Below, one piece after another: positions 37,935 through 47,252 of a stretch of 64,000 nt of DNA. The stretch's first letter is position 1, and each line of letters starts with the position of its first letter. Source of the DNA: Dehalococcoidia bacterium (GTDB taxonomy: Bacteria; Chloroflexota; Dehalococcoidia; Bin125); contig CAXXNO010000012.1 of the NCBI GenBank assembly GCA_963663235.2, positions 224,001-288,000 on the forward strand, in the 5' to 3' direction. The notes under the pieces are model-generated. The model searched no databases, was not told the origin of the DNA, and saw nothing but the letters and a program-made list of their open reading frames with translations. A program made the translations under genes and the position numbers.

Positions 37935-38416
37935 TGTACGGTCTCGGCATCGCCCAGGGGATGCTGACCACGATCAGGCACCTGGCCAAACCGCCGATCA
38001 CCGTGCAATTCCCGGATGAGGAGCGCGCCCTCTCGCCGCGCGCCCGCACCAATCTCGTCTGGTTCGTAGAGCGCTGCACCGGCTGCAGCACTTGCGCCCA
38101 GGCCTGCCCGGACGGCTGCATCCTGGTGCAGACCCAGCCGCGCGAGGACGGCTCCTACCTGGTGGAGCGCTACGAGATCGACTTCCGCCTCTGCATGTAC
38201 TGCGGCCTCTGCGTGGAGGCCTGCCCCTACGAAGCGATCCAGATCGGCGGACCCTACAACGACGTCGTCACCAACCCCGACGAGTTGTATCGCGACAAGC
38301 CGGTCCTCATCGGGCTCGCCAACACGTACCTGGAGGAGCACGACTGGACCTACCCCAACGGGCAGAAGGCCGTGCACCAAACCATCCCCCCCGCCGAGCA
38401 ACGGCAGCACCACTAG
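37934..38416 (+). CDS. nuoI: NADH-quinone oxidoreductase subunit I
   Basis: TGATG coupling; TVQFP and two CxxCxxCxxxCP motifs. Confidence 0.9.
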   Translation: MYGLGIAQGMLTTIRHLAKPPITVQFPDEERALSPRARTNLVWFVERCTGCSTCAQACPDGCILVQTQPREDGSYLVERYEIDFRLCMYCGLCVEACPYEAIQIGGPYNDVVTNPDELYRDKPVLIGLANTYLEEHDWTYPNGQKAVHQTIPPAEQRQHH

Positions 38417-38431
38417 GCGAGCGGAGCCGGC

Positions 38432-40996
38432 GTGGCGCGCATCACCCTAAACGGCCAAGAGTTCGACGTGGAAGCCGGCCGCCCTCTGGTGGAGGTGATC
38501 AAAGAGCTCGGCTTCTACATCTCGAACCTCTGTTACATCGACGGCCTGCCCCCTTACGCCGGCTGCCGCACCTGCATCGTGGAGATCGAAGGCGCCCGCG
38601 GGCTGCCGCTGGCCTGCAGCACGACCGTCGCCGACGGGATGCTCGTGCACACGGACACCCCCGCGGTCACGAGCGCGCGGCAGGAGGTCATGGCCATCAT
38701 CCTGGCCAACCACTCCGACCGCTGCCTCACCTGCCACCGCGTAGAGCACTGCAAGACCGGCGAGATCTGCCTGCGCGACAACGTGATCACGCATCGTTGC
38801 GTCACCTGCTCCAAGAACTATCGCTGCGAGCTCCAGACCGCCTCGGACGTGGCCGATATCGGCCGCGCCAACATCGAGCCCTACCTGGATGAGGTCCGCA
38901 CCTTCTACCAATACGAACAGCCGCCGTCCGATCACGGCAACCCCTTCCTGGAATTCGACCCGCAAATGTGCATCATCTGCACCCGCTGCGTTCGCGCCTG
39001 CGAGGACCTGCGCCACACCACCGCCATCACCCTGGCCGGGCGCGGCTTCTCGACCCGCATCGCCTTCGGCTCCGGGGGAACGATCGACGAGTCGAACTGC
39101 GATTTCTGCGGCGCCTGCATCGACGTGTGCCCCACCGCCGCGCTCATGGAAGCTCCCAATAAATGGCTCGCCCGGCCCGAGCGCTGGGTGGGGACCGTGT
39201 GCAGCGAGTGCTCCGTGGGCTGCACCATCCAGATGGGCGTCAAGAACGGTCGCGGCGTGATTGTGCGGCCCGGCAAGGGCAACGACGCCAGCCGCGACCA
39301 GATCTGCGTGCGCGGCCGCTTTGGCTACGACCAGGTACGCGACAAGCACCGCCTCAAGCGTGGCCGCCTGGGCCGCGGCCTTGATGCGGCGGCGGCCGAG
39401 CCCGATGCCGTGATCGCCGACGCGGCCGCCACCCTGCGCGCCATCATCGATCGGCACGGAGCCCAGGCCGTGGGCCTGCTCGGCTCCGCCGTCGCCACCA
39501 ACGAGGACAACTTCCTGCTGCGCCGGCTGGCCGACCTGATCGACACGCCGCACCGGGACTCCAGCGCCGGCTACGTCGATGGGCCCGTGGCCGGCGTGAT
39601 CGCGGCGGCGTTCGGAAGCGAGCGGCTGCCCAACCGCCTGGCCGAGATCGCGCAGGCCAAAACCCTGGTAGTCATCGCGGACGACCTGGAATCCAGCCAC
39701 AACATCGCGGCCCTGCGCGTGAAGGACGCCGTCGTCAGCGGCGGCGCCAAGTTGGTGAGCATCGCACCCCGCGCCAACGAGGTCGACGATTTCGCCGCCG
39801 CCGTCCTGCGCGCCGAACACGGCGACATGGCCGCGGTCGCGGATGCCCTAGCCGGCGCCCTGCTGGCGGACGAGGACGTGCGGGCGGAGGTCGAGGCGCT
39901 TCCGGGGCTCGACACACTACCGGCGGCGGAGGCGACGCAAGAGATCGCCCAGGCGGCGGCAATCCTGAAGCAAGGACGCGGCGACGCGCTCGCCGTCGTG
40001 TTCGCCCCTTCGCGAGGCAGCGCCGCAATTGCGGCGGCCCAGGCGCGGGCAGCGGCCAACCTCGCCATCGCGCTGGCCGGTCCCCAGCGAGCCCCGCAGG
40101 CGCTGCATCTCCTCCCCGCCGACGTCAACGCGGTCGGTCTGCGTGACATGGGCGTCCGCCCCGCAGAGGGCGGCCTGGGCGTCGGCGCCATGCTGCACGC
40201 CGCCCGTGACGGTTCGATCAAGGCGCTGATCATCGCCAAGGACAACCCGATGCTGACGCTGCCCGACCGGGCCGGGGTACGCGCCGCGCTGGAAGCGGTC
40301 GAACTCTGCTTGGTGATCGACGACGTCCCCACGGACACCGTGGCGCTGGCCACGCACGTCCTGCCGGATGTCGCGCCCTATGCGAAAGACGGCACGGTCA
40401 CCACCGCCGACCGGCAGATCTTACGGCAGCGTGGAGCGTTCAGCCCCCAGGGTGGGGCGGAACCCGCGTGGGCGCACCTGGCTGCGCTGGGCGGCGCCCT
40501 CGGCGGCGATTTCCCGTTTCGGCACGCCGCCGATGTGATGGAGGAGATCCGCCGTACGGTTCCCGGCTACGAGGACGCTTCATACCGCGCTCTCGCGCGG
40601 GGCGCCAGACAGCCACCGAATGGAGCGACCACCCAAGCGCTCCTACCATCGCAACCGCCGATCGAGCGCAACGGACGATCGGGTCTGGTCCTGCTGACCG
40701 CTCGCGACCTCTACACCGACCGTCAGGCCGCCGCCATCCGCCTGCCCGACGCCGACCGCCTGCACCGCAGCGAAGCGCTGGAGATCCACCCGCGCGACGC
40801 CGCCGCCCGCGGTCTGAGCCCGGGCCAAACGGTCAGCGTGACCGCCAACGGCGGCGCGCTCTCGCTGCCCGCCAAGGTGACCGAGGATGTCCCGGAAGGC
40901 GCCGTGTTCATCGCCGCCCTCTATGACGGCGGGGCCGTGCAGGCATTGCTGTCTACGGACGACGGAGAGTGCCGGGTGGAGGTGCGGCCGCAGTAA
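38432..40996 (+). CDS. NuoG/formate-dehydrogenase-alpha-like multi-Fe-S molybdopterin-oxidoreductase-family protein
   Basis: 2Fe-2S Cys set, HxxxCxxC, CIICTRCVRAC, CDFCGACIDVCP, CSECSVGC..C, and a C-terminal IHPRDA domain. Confidence 0.85.
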   Translation: MARITLNGQEFDVEAGRPLVEVIKELGFYISNLCYIDGLPPYAGCRTCIVEIEGARGLPLACSTTVADGMLVHTDTPAVTSARQEVMAIILANHSDRCLTCHRVEHCKTGEICLRDNVITHRCVTCSKNYRCELQTASDVADIGRANIEPYLDEVRTFYQYEQPPSDHGNPFLEFDPQMCIICTRCVRACEDLRHTTAITLAGRGFSTRIAFGSGGTIDESNCDFCGACIDVCPTAALMEAPNKWLARPERWVGTVCSECSVGCTIQMGVKNGRGVIVRPGKGNDASRDQICVRGRFGYDQVRDKHRLKRGRLGRGLDAAAAEPDAVIADAAATLRAIIDRHGAQAVGLLGSAVATNEDNFLLRRLADLIDTPHRDSSAGYVDGPVAGVIAAAFGSERLPNRLAEIAQAKTLVVIADDLESSHNIAALRVKDAVVSGGAKLVSIAPRANEVDDFAAAVLRAEHGDMAAVADALAGALLADEDVRAEVEALPGLDTLPAAEATQEIAQAAAILKQGRGDALAVVFAPSRGSAAIAAAQARAAANLAIALAGPQRAPQALHLLPADVNAVGLRDMGVRPAEGGLGVGAMLHAARDGSIKALIIAKDNPMLTLPDRAGVRAALEAVELCLVIDDVPTDTVALATHVLPDVAPYAKDGTVTTADRQILRQRGAFSPQGGAEPAWAHLAALGGALGGDFPFRHAADVMEEIRRTVPGYEDASYRALARGARQPPNGATTQALLPSQPPIERNGRSGLVLLTARDLYTDRQAAAIRLPDADRLHRSEALEIHPRDAAARGLSPGQTVSVTANGGALSLPAKVTEDVPEGAVFIAALYDGGAVQALLSTDDGECRVEVRPQ

Positions 40997-41006
40997 CCGG
41001 CCGCGA

Positions 41007-42113
41007 TCAGCCGATGGGCAACACCGAGCCGATCCCGAACGTCACGCCGGTGGCCGCCAGCCCGATCACCACCATCCGCCCCCCGGCGTAGAGCGGGTTG
41101 CGACCCGTGAGCAGCGACGTGAACGCCCCGACGACCCCAAGCGTCACGGCGCCCGCGATTATGGCCGCGACCAGCGCCGAGTACCCGCTGCCCACGATGA
41201 ACGGCAGGACCGGCACGATCGCGCCCAGCGCGAAGGCGATGAGCGATCCCCCAGCGGCGCCCCAGGGGGACGCCAACTCGTTCGGGTCCAGCCCCAGCTC
41301 TTCGCGCGCAAGCGTATCCAGCGCCTGCTCCGGGTCCTTCATGAGCTCGTCCACCACGTCTCTGGCCACGCCATCGGAGACGCCCTTGTCCCGATAGATG
41401 CGCAGCAGCTCCGCCCGCTCCTCGTCGGGGTCCAGCTCCAGTTCCAGACGCTCCTTGGCGATCTGGTTCTCCAGCAGCTCCGCCTGGCTGCGCACGGAGA
41501 GGTACTCGCCCGCGCTCATCGAAAACGCCCCGGCCAGCAGCCCGGCGACGCCGGCCAGCAGCACCGTGTCACCCTGGATGGACGCGCCGGCGACCCCAGC
41601 TACGAGGCTGAGATTCGAGACCAAGCCGTCGTTGAAGCCGAAGAGCGACGCACGGAAGAGGCTAGCGGCGTTGCTGGAGGCGAACCCGTGCTCGGCCTCG
41701 GCGAAGCGCCCGGGCTCGGTCAACCGGCCCAGCACCGCGCGATGCTCGCGTTCCTCCTCCGCCAGCGTGCCGGCCTCGGGATGCTGCGCGTACAGGCGAA
41801 TGTTGGCCAGTTCATCAGATCGCAGCCGGGGCACTACTAGTGAGAGGCCGCCGACCCGCGCCAGCAACGCCAGCCATCGGGTGCGCCATCTCGGCCGCGG
41901 CGGCCGCTCCAGCAGCGTCCGGTCCCCCAGCAGACCGGCCCAGTGGGCGGCGTGGTCCCGCTCTGCGGCGGCCAGATCGCGGAGCGTGGCGGCGGTCGCG
42001 GGATTGCGGCACTGATCCGCCAGTCGATCGTAGAGCCAGCCGCTCTCCAGCTCTTCTTCGATCATGGCGCGGTACTGTTCGAGGCGGGCTTCGTCGATCT
42101 GAGGGGCGGTCAC
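41007..42113 (-). CDS. VIT1/CCC1 transporter with N-terminal rubrerythrin/ferritin-like domain
   Basis: E..S..LY, ERDHAAHW, EEREH, FGFNDGLVSN and SMSAGEYLS motifs. Confidence 0.88.
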   Translation of the reverse strand: MTAPQIDEARLEQYRAMIEEELESGWLYDRLADQCRNPATAATLRDLAAAERDHAAHWAGLLGDRTLLERPPRPRWRTRWLALLARVGGLSLVVPRLRSDELANIRLYAQHPEAGTLAEEEREHRAVLGRLTEPGRFAEAEHGFASSNAASLFRASLFGFNDGLVSNLSLVAGVAGASIQGDTVLLAGVAGLLAGAFSMSAGEYLSVRSQAELLENQIAKERLELELDPDEERAELLRIYRDKGVSDGVARDVVDELMKDPEQALDTLAREELGLDPNELASPWGAAGGSLIAFALGAIVPVLPFIVGSGYSALVAAIIAGAVTLGVVGAFTSLLTGRNPLYAGGRMVVIGLAATGVTFGIGSVLPIG

Positions 42114-42469
42114 GGCCCCAGGATAGGGGAAGTTATCGGCGGGAGCCCCCTCGCGCCTGCCCGTGCGCCGGCGCGGCGCCCATCCGGCCGGGCCCCAACC
42201 GCACCACCCTCTACGTCCAGGCTGCGCCAGGACTCCAGAGCCTGCGGGCTGGGGGGCGCAGCCGTGGTCTCGGCGTGCCGCAACGTCGCCTGCACCGCGA
42301 CCTGGGTGCGGTTGTTGCAGTTCCACTTGATCATGATGTTGTTCATGTGCCGCTTCACGGTCGCCAAGCTGACGCCCAGATCCGCGGCGATCTCGCCGTT
42401 CGTGTGGCCCTGCGCCACGAGCCCCACCACCGCCACCTCGCGCGCCGTCAGCCGTCGGCGGTTCATCAT
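42110..42469 (-). CDS. Stand-alone LuxR/GerE-type HTH protein
   Basis: LTAREVAVVGLVAQGHTNGEIAADLGVSLATVKRH..NI..K...NRTQ; GGAGG RBS. Confidence 0.8.
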   Translation of the reverse strand: MMNRRRLTAREVAVVGLVAQGHTNGEIAADLGVSLATVKRHMNNIMIKWNCNNRTQVAVQATLRHAETTAAPPSPQALESWRSLDVEGGAVGARPDGRRAGARAGARGLPPITSPILGP

Positions 42470-43039
42470 CGCTGTGCCTCCACCTCTTGCAGCCAGGGCG
42501 TCGGACCGCGCCCTCTTCTATCGTGCCCGACGGCCAGCACGCCCGGCGTCGCGCGAAAGGCCATATCGTACGGGGGGGGGCTATCCGTCCAGGCTTCACG
42601 GCTCAGCCACCACGACGATCGCAGAGCGCATCGAGTCCCACAAAAAACGGCCGGCTGTCACGACTTCATTAACATTCGCTGCCCCGGCCTCGTCCTGCCC
42701 GGCCGCGCCCTTGGACGACGGCCGGGACGATGAGCCTGCCAGGAGTATCCCCATGGCTCATCACCCTTGGCATCGTGTGTTCGGGCCGACCGGCCGGCCA
42801 ACCGAGTGGCGAGCCCTCTCGGCTCACCCACTACGGCAACCGTAGAAGCGTCCAGCGAGTCCCGGAACCGCCGCCGCATCAAGAGTTGTTTAAGGTTTGC
42901 TCGGCGGGGGCGGACGCGGGCAAGGGCGCGAGCGCTGCCCACGTCACCATGCGCCGGTCGCCAGTTCGCTGCGGCTGTGCGACATTGCCAATGGGGCCGC
43001 CCCGGACAGCGGCCGCCCGACTGAGAGGCGCCCAAGAAG

Positions 43040-43930
43040 ATGGCCGCGGCACCGGAACCGCTCCTGAAAATCGGTCTGCCCAAGGGGTCGCTCCAGGCGG
43101 CCACGGTCGACCTATTCCGGCGGGCCGGCTTCGAGCTGGAAGTGTCCGATCGCTCGTATTTCCCGGCGATCGATGACCCGGCCATTAGTTGCATTATGTT
43201 CCGCGCCCAGGAGCTGGCCCGCTATACGGAGGACGCCATCGTCGACTGCGCCATCACTGGCTTCGACTGGATCCAGGAGAGCAACGCCGACGTCCACGAA
43301 GTAAGCGAACTCCTCTATAGCAAGGCCACCAGCCGGCCGGCCCGGTGGGTGTTGGCCGTTGCCGCCGAGAGCGCGCTGCAGCGCCCGGAGGAGCTGGCGG
43401 GCGGGATCGTTGCGACGGAGCTGACCAACGTCACGCGCCGCTACTTCGAGCAGCGCGGCATCGACGTGCGCGTCGAGTTCAGTTGGGGCGCCACCGAGGT
43501 CAAGGCCCGGCTGCTGGACGCCATCGTCGAGCTGACCGAGACCGGCTCCAGTCTGCGGGCCAACAACCTGCGCATCGTGGACGAGGTGCTGGTCAGCACG
43601 ACCCGCCTGATCGCCAACAAGACGTCCTGGCAAGATGCGGCCAAGCGCCAGAAGATCGAGGCGATCAACACACTCTTGCAGGGCGCCATCGCCGCCCGGA
43701 CCAAAGTGGGACTCAAGCTCAACGCGCCCCGCTCCTCGCTCGACGCCGTGCTGGCGGTGATCGGCTCCTACGGCGAGCACTCGCCCACCATCAGCCAGCT
43801 GACGGACGAGGAGTGGGTGGCCCTGGAGATCATCCTCGATGAGCGCAGCGAGCGCGACATGATCCCGGCGCTGCTGCAGGCCGGGGCCAGCGGGCTCGTC
43901 TCCTACCCGCTCAACAAAGTCATCTCCTGA
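43040..43930 (+). CDS. hisG: ATP phosphoribosyltransferase (long form)
   Basis: LPKGSL, GFDW, SWGATE, ETGSSLRAN and a C-terminal regulatory domain. Confidence 0.95.
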   Translation: MAAAPEPLLKIGLPKGSLQAATVDLFRRAGFELEVSDRSYFPAIDDPAISCIMFRAQELARYTEDAIVDCAITGFDWIQESNADVHEVSELLYSKATSRPARWVLAVAAESALQRPEELAGGIVATELTNVTRRYFEQRGIDVRVEFSWGATEVKARLLDAIVELTETGSSLRANNLRIVDEVLVSTTRLIANKTSWQDAAKRQKIEAINTLLQGAIAARTKVGLKLNAPRSSLDAVLAVIGSYGEHSPTISQLTDEEWVALEIILDERSERDMIPALLQAGASGLVSYPLNKVIS

Positions 43931-44006
43931 CGCGCTCGTTGTCCGAGCGTGGCGCGCGCCGTACGATGGCGCCGCTCGCCGTCCCGCTATCCAAGGAGGA
44001 CGCGCC

Positions 44007-45440
44007 ATGCCGTTGAAGACGCCCGACGAGTACGTCGCCTCTCTGCGCGACGGCCGCGAAGTGTGGTTCCGCGGCGAACGGGTGAATGACGTCACCACCC
44101 ACCCCGTGATCGCCATCGCCATCGACCACGCCAGCATCGACTACCGCATGGCTGAGGATCCCCGCTACCGCGATCTGGCTGTCGTCAACGAGGAAGGGCG
44201 CGAGTTCAGCCGCTTCTACAAGATCCCGGGCAACGTCGACGATCTGCTCAAGCGGTCGCAACTGATCGAAGCCGGCACCACGGAAGGCGACACGCTGGTG
44301 GTGCTGATCAAAGAGATCGGCACCGACGCCCTGTTCGCGCTGCTGGCTGTCACCGCCGAGATGCCCCCGCCGTACCACGATCGCGTCCGCGCCTTCTACG
44401 AGTACTGCCGGGACAACGACCTGGCCGTGTCCGTGGCCCAAACCGACGTCAAGGGCGACCGGCGCAAGCGGCCCGGCGATCAGGCCGACCCCGACCTGTA
44501 TCTGCGCGTCGTCGACCGGCGCGATGACGGGGTGGTGGTACGCGGCGCCAAAGTGCACACCTCCGCCTCCACCAATGTGCACGAGATCATCGTCCTGCCA
44601 ACGCGGGCCATGGGCGAGGACGAAGCCGACTGGAGCATCGCCTTTGCCCTGCCGGTCAACACGCCGGGGCTGCGGCTGCTGGCCAGCCCCTACGGCGCCG
44701 GCGACTACCGCGTCGGTGAACAACCCATCAGCGCGCGCCACAAGATGATGGAGACGATGACCATCTTTGATGACGTCTTCATCCCGAACGAGCGCATCTT
44801 CCTCAACGGCGAAACCGAGGCAGCCGGCCGCCTGGCGCTGACCTTTGTCGAGTACCATCGCTTCACCGCCGTCTCCTACAAGCTGCCCTTGGTGGACGCG
44901 CTCGCCGGCGCCGCCGCGACCATCGCCGACTTCAACGGCATCCTGGCGGCGGGGCACGTGCGGGAGAAGTTCATCCGGCTGATCGCCTACGCGGAGACGG
45001 TGCGCGGCCTCACGCAACTGGCGGCCGAACGCTGCATCGCCAAGCCCAACGGGCAGGTCGCGCCCGACCCCATGAGCGTCAACCTGGCCAAGAGCCACTT
45101 TGCCCACGGCTATCACGCCGCCGTGCAAGATGTGCAGGAGCTGGCCGGCGGCCTGCTGGTCACAGGCCCGGGCGACGAGGACTGGGACAACGAAGAGCTG
45201 CGGCCCTTCCTGAGCAAGTACCTGGTCGGACGCCATGGTGTCAGTGGCGAACAGCGGCTGAAGATGATGAACTTCATCCGTGACCTCACCGCCTCCGACT
45301 ATGGCGCTTACCAGGAGGTGCTGGCGATCCACGCCGAGGGCTCGTTGGAGGCCGAGAAGCTCCAGATCTTCCGGGCCTACAATGACAACGGATCGGCGCG
45401 GCGGGTGATCGGCCTGGCCAACCGCATGGCCGGGATCTAG
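44007..45440 (+). CDS. HpaB / 4-hydroxybutyryl-CoA dehydratase family flavoprotein
   Basis: YVASLRDGR, QTDVKGDR, RGAKVH, FDDVFIP.ERIF and YHR motifs. Confidence 0.85.
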   Translation: MPLKTPDEYVASLRDGREVWFRGERVNDVTTHPVIAIAIDHASIDYRMAEDPRYRDLAVVNEEGREFSRFYKIPGNVDDLLKRSQLIEAGTTEGDTLVVLIKEIGTDALFALLAVTAEMPPPYHDRVRAFYEYCRDNDLAVSVAQTDVKGDRRKRPGDQADPDLYLRVVDRRDDGVVVRGAKVHTSASTNVHEIIVLPTRAMGEDEADWSIAFALPVNTPGLRLLASPYGAGDYRVGEQPISARHKMMETMTIFDDVFIPNERIFLNGETEAAGRLALTFVEYHRFTAVSYKLPLVDALAGAAATIADFNGILAAGHVREKFIRLIAYAETVRGLTQLAAERCIAKPNGQVAPDPMSVNLAKSHFAHGYHAAVQDVQELAGGLLVTGPGDEDWDNEELRPFLSKYLVGRHGVSGEQRLKMMNFIRDLTASDYGAYQEVLAIHAEGSLEAEKLQIFRAYNDNGSARRVIGLANRMAGI

Positions 45441-45465
45441 GCGCCGCGCAGGAAGCAGGTACACG

Positions 45466-46122
45466 GTGTCCGTGCTGCGGATGTTTCCGCTGAACCTGGT
45501 CATCTTTCCCAGCCAGCAGCAGGCGCTGCACATCTTCGAGCCGCGCTACCGCCAGTTGGTGCAGGAAACGCTCGATGACAATGCGCCCTTCGGCATCGCC
45601 CTAATCCGCGAGGGGGGCGAAGCCGGCGGCGGGGCCACCACGTTCGATGTAGGCTGCGCCGTCCGCCTGCGCCACGTGCAGAACCTCGCCGACGGCCGCT
45701 ACAACATCATCTGCGAGGGCACGCGGCGATTCCGCATCGTCGCGCCGCTGGGTGAGGACCCGTACCTGCGCGCCGAGGTAGAGTTCCTCGCAGATCCCGA
45801 TGACGCCAACGACGAGGCGGCGGCCGGCATCGCGCCGGTGATCTCGGCGAAGTTCAAGGAACACATCCGGCTGACCCTCGCCTTGCAGGACGGCTGGCAG
45901 CGAACCGCCCACCTTCCGGCGCGTCCGGTGGCCTTGGCGGACCACGTTGCCGCGCGGTTGGACGTTCCCACCGGCGCCAAACAGGAGATCTTGCAGGCGC
46001 CGCTCGTCTTCACCCGTCTCGAATTCCTGCTGAAGGCCTTGCAGCGCGAGAACACGGCCCTGGCGGAGCGCCTCATCCTGCACCGCCGCCAGAAGCTTCA
46101 GGGCCTGGGCGTGCTCAACTAG
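45466..46122 (+). CDS. LON peptidase substrate-binding domain protein
   Basis: FPL..V.FP, LHIFEPRYRQL and G..RFRI motifs. Confidence 0.88.
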   Translation: MSVLRMFPLNLVIFPSQQQALHIFEPRYRQLVQETLDDNAPFGIALIREGGEAGGGATTFDVGCAVRLRHVQNLADGRYNIICEGTRRFRIVAPLGEDPYLRAEVEFLADPDDANDEAAAGIAPVISAKFKEHIRLTLALQDGWQRTAHLPARPVALADHVAARLDVPTGAKQEILQAPLVFTRLEFLLKALQRENTALAERLILHRRQKLQGLGVLN

Positions 46123-46148
46123 CGCCATGTGCCAGGGGTTGTGCCCGC

Positions 46149-46961
46149 ATGCTCGCGATCAATGACCCGGTCGGCTGGTGGGGCCCGCCTGGCCGACCGC
46201 CCTCGCCTCTGTCGATCGTCGCGCTCTTGCGGGCGGGCACCCTCTCGCCGCGCCTGGCGGCCGGCGTCTGGGCGCTGCTGGAATGGGGCGGGTCGCTCAT
46301 CATCGCCGCCGGACCGCAACGCGCGGGCAAGACCACCATCCTCACGGCCTTGCTCTCCCTCTTGCCGCACGACACCCCCGCCTACTACACACAGGGCGAC
46401 GGCGAATCGTTCGCCGGGTTGCCGCGACCGCCGCGGGCGAACGGCCCCACGTTCATCCTCATCAACGAGATCAGCGACCACCTCCCCACGTATTCCTGGG
46501 GCCCGCCGGTGCAGGCGGCGTTCGCGCTCCTGGCGCAGGGCTACTCGCTCTGTGGGACGATGCACTCCGAGCGGGTCGAGGAATGCCTCGGGCAGCTCCG
46601 CCACGGCTGCGGAGTCCCGGCCGAGCAACTCACGGGCTGTGACCTGATCATGACCCTCACCCTCGAGCCAAACCGACGACGCGTGGCCGAGCTATTTTTG
46701 CAGACGCGTGAAGCGGCGATCACTCGCATCGGCTGGTGGGATCGCGGCGCCGACACGCATCACGTGCTAGAGACCGACGACGCCTGCACCATCACCGCCG
46801 CGCGCCTCGACCGGACGCCCGCAGAGCTGGAGGCCACGATCGCCGCGCGCAGTGACTGGCTCCAAGGCCTGATGGACGCTGGTATCGACGAGCCCGCCGC
46901 CGTGGAGACCGCCGTCCGGGCCTTTCACGACCGGGGGAACCCAAGGCCTCATGCCTCGTAG
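46149..46961 (+). CDS. P-loop NTPase resembling the C-terminal domain of VirB11/TadA secretion ATPases
   Basis: GPQRAGKTT Walker A, ILINEI Walker B and TMHS His box. Confidence 0.7.
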   Translation: MLAINDPVGWWGPPGRPPSPLSIVALLRAGTLSPRLAAGVWALLEWGGSLIIAAGPQRAGKTTILTALLSLLPHDTPAYYTQGDGESFAGLPRPPRANGPTFILINEISDHLPTYSWGPPVQAAFALLAQGYSLCGTMHSERVEECLGQLRHGCGVPAEQLTGCDLIMTLTLEPNRRRVAELFLQTREAAITRIGWWDRGADTHHVLETDDACTITAARLDRTPAELEATIAARSDWLQGLMDAGIDEPAAVETAVRAFHDRGNPRPHAS

Positions 46962-47244
46962 GAACCGCAAGGGACGGACGCGACAGCAGCGCCCACGGCG
47001 TCGTTACAACCCGGGCCGGAGCCGAGACCGGCCGCCCACAGCGGCCGCCGAGCCGCCGCCGGACACCGCCGACGAAGAGCCGCCTCTTGAAATCGGTGGC
47101 GCCGCGACCTGCGGGACCTGCCGGGAGTGGGATCCCGGCCCCGACCCCTGGGCCACCGGAGGCCGCGGAACCTGCGGCCATCCCGCCAGCGGCGTCGCCT
47201 TCCCGCCGCCGGATATGGCGGCCTGCCCCTTCTACAACACTTGA
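46951..47244 (+). CDS. Small Arg-rich/Cys4 hypothetical protein
   Basis: Basic N-terminus then CGTC...GTC...ACPFY; overlaps the upstream stop. Confidence 0.6.
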   Translation: MPRRNRKGRTRQQRPRRRYNPGRSRDRPPTAAAEPPPDTADEEPPLEIGGAATCGTCREWDPGPDPWATGGRGTCGHPASGVAFPPPDMAACPFYNT

Positions 47245-47252
47245 CCCGGCGA

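Noticed and set aside
38432-40996. Selenocysteine formate dehydrogenase
   Set aside because: The ORF is uninterrupted and has no Cys or Sec at the catalytic position.
42729-42890. SAM-I riboswitch words (atcaagag, ggcaacc, gatgag)
   Set aside because: The words occur in the wrong order and do not form the P1-P4 architecture.
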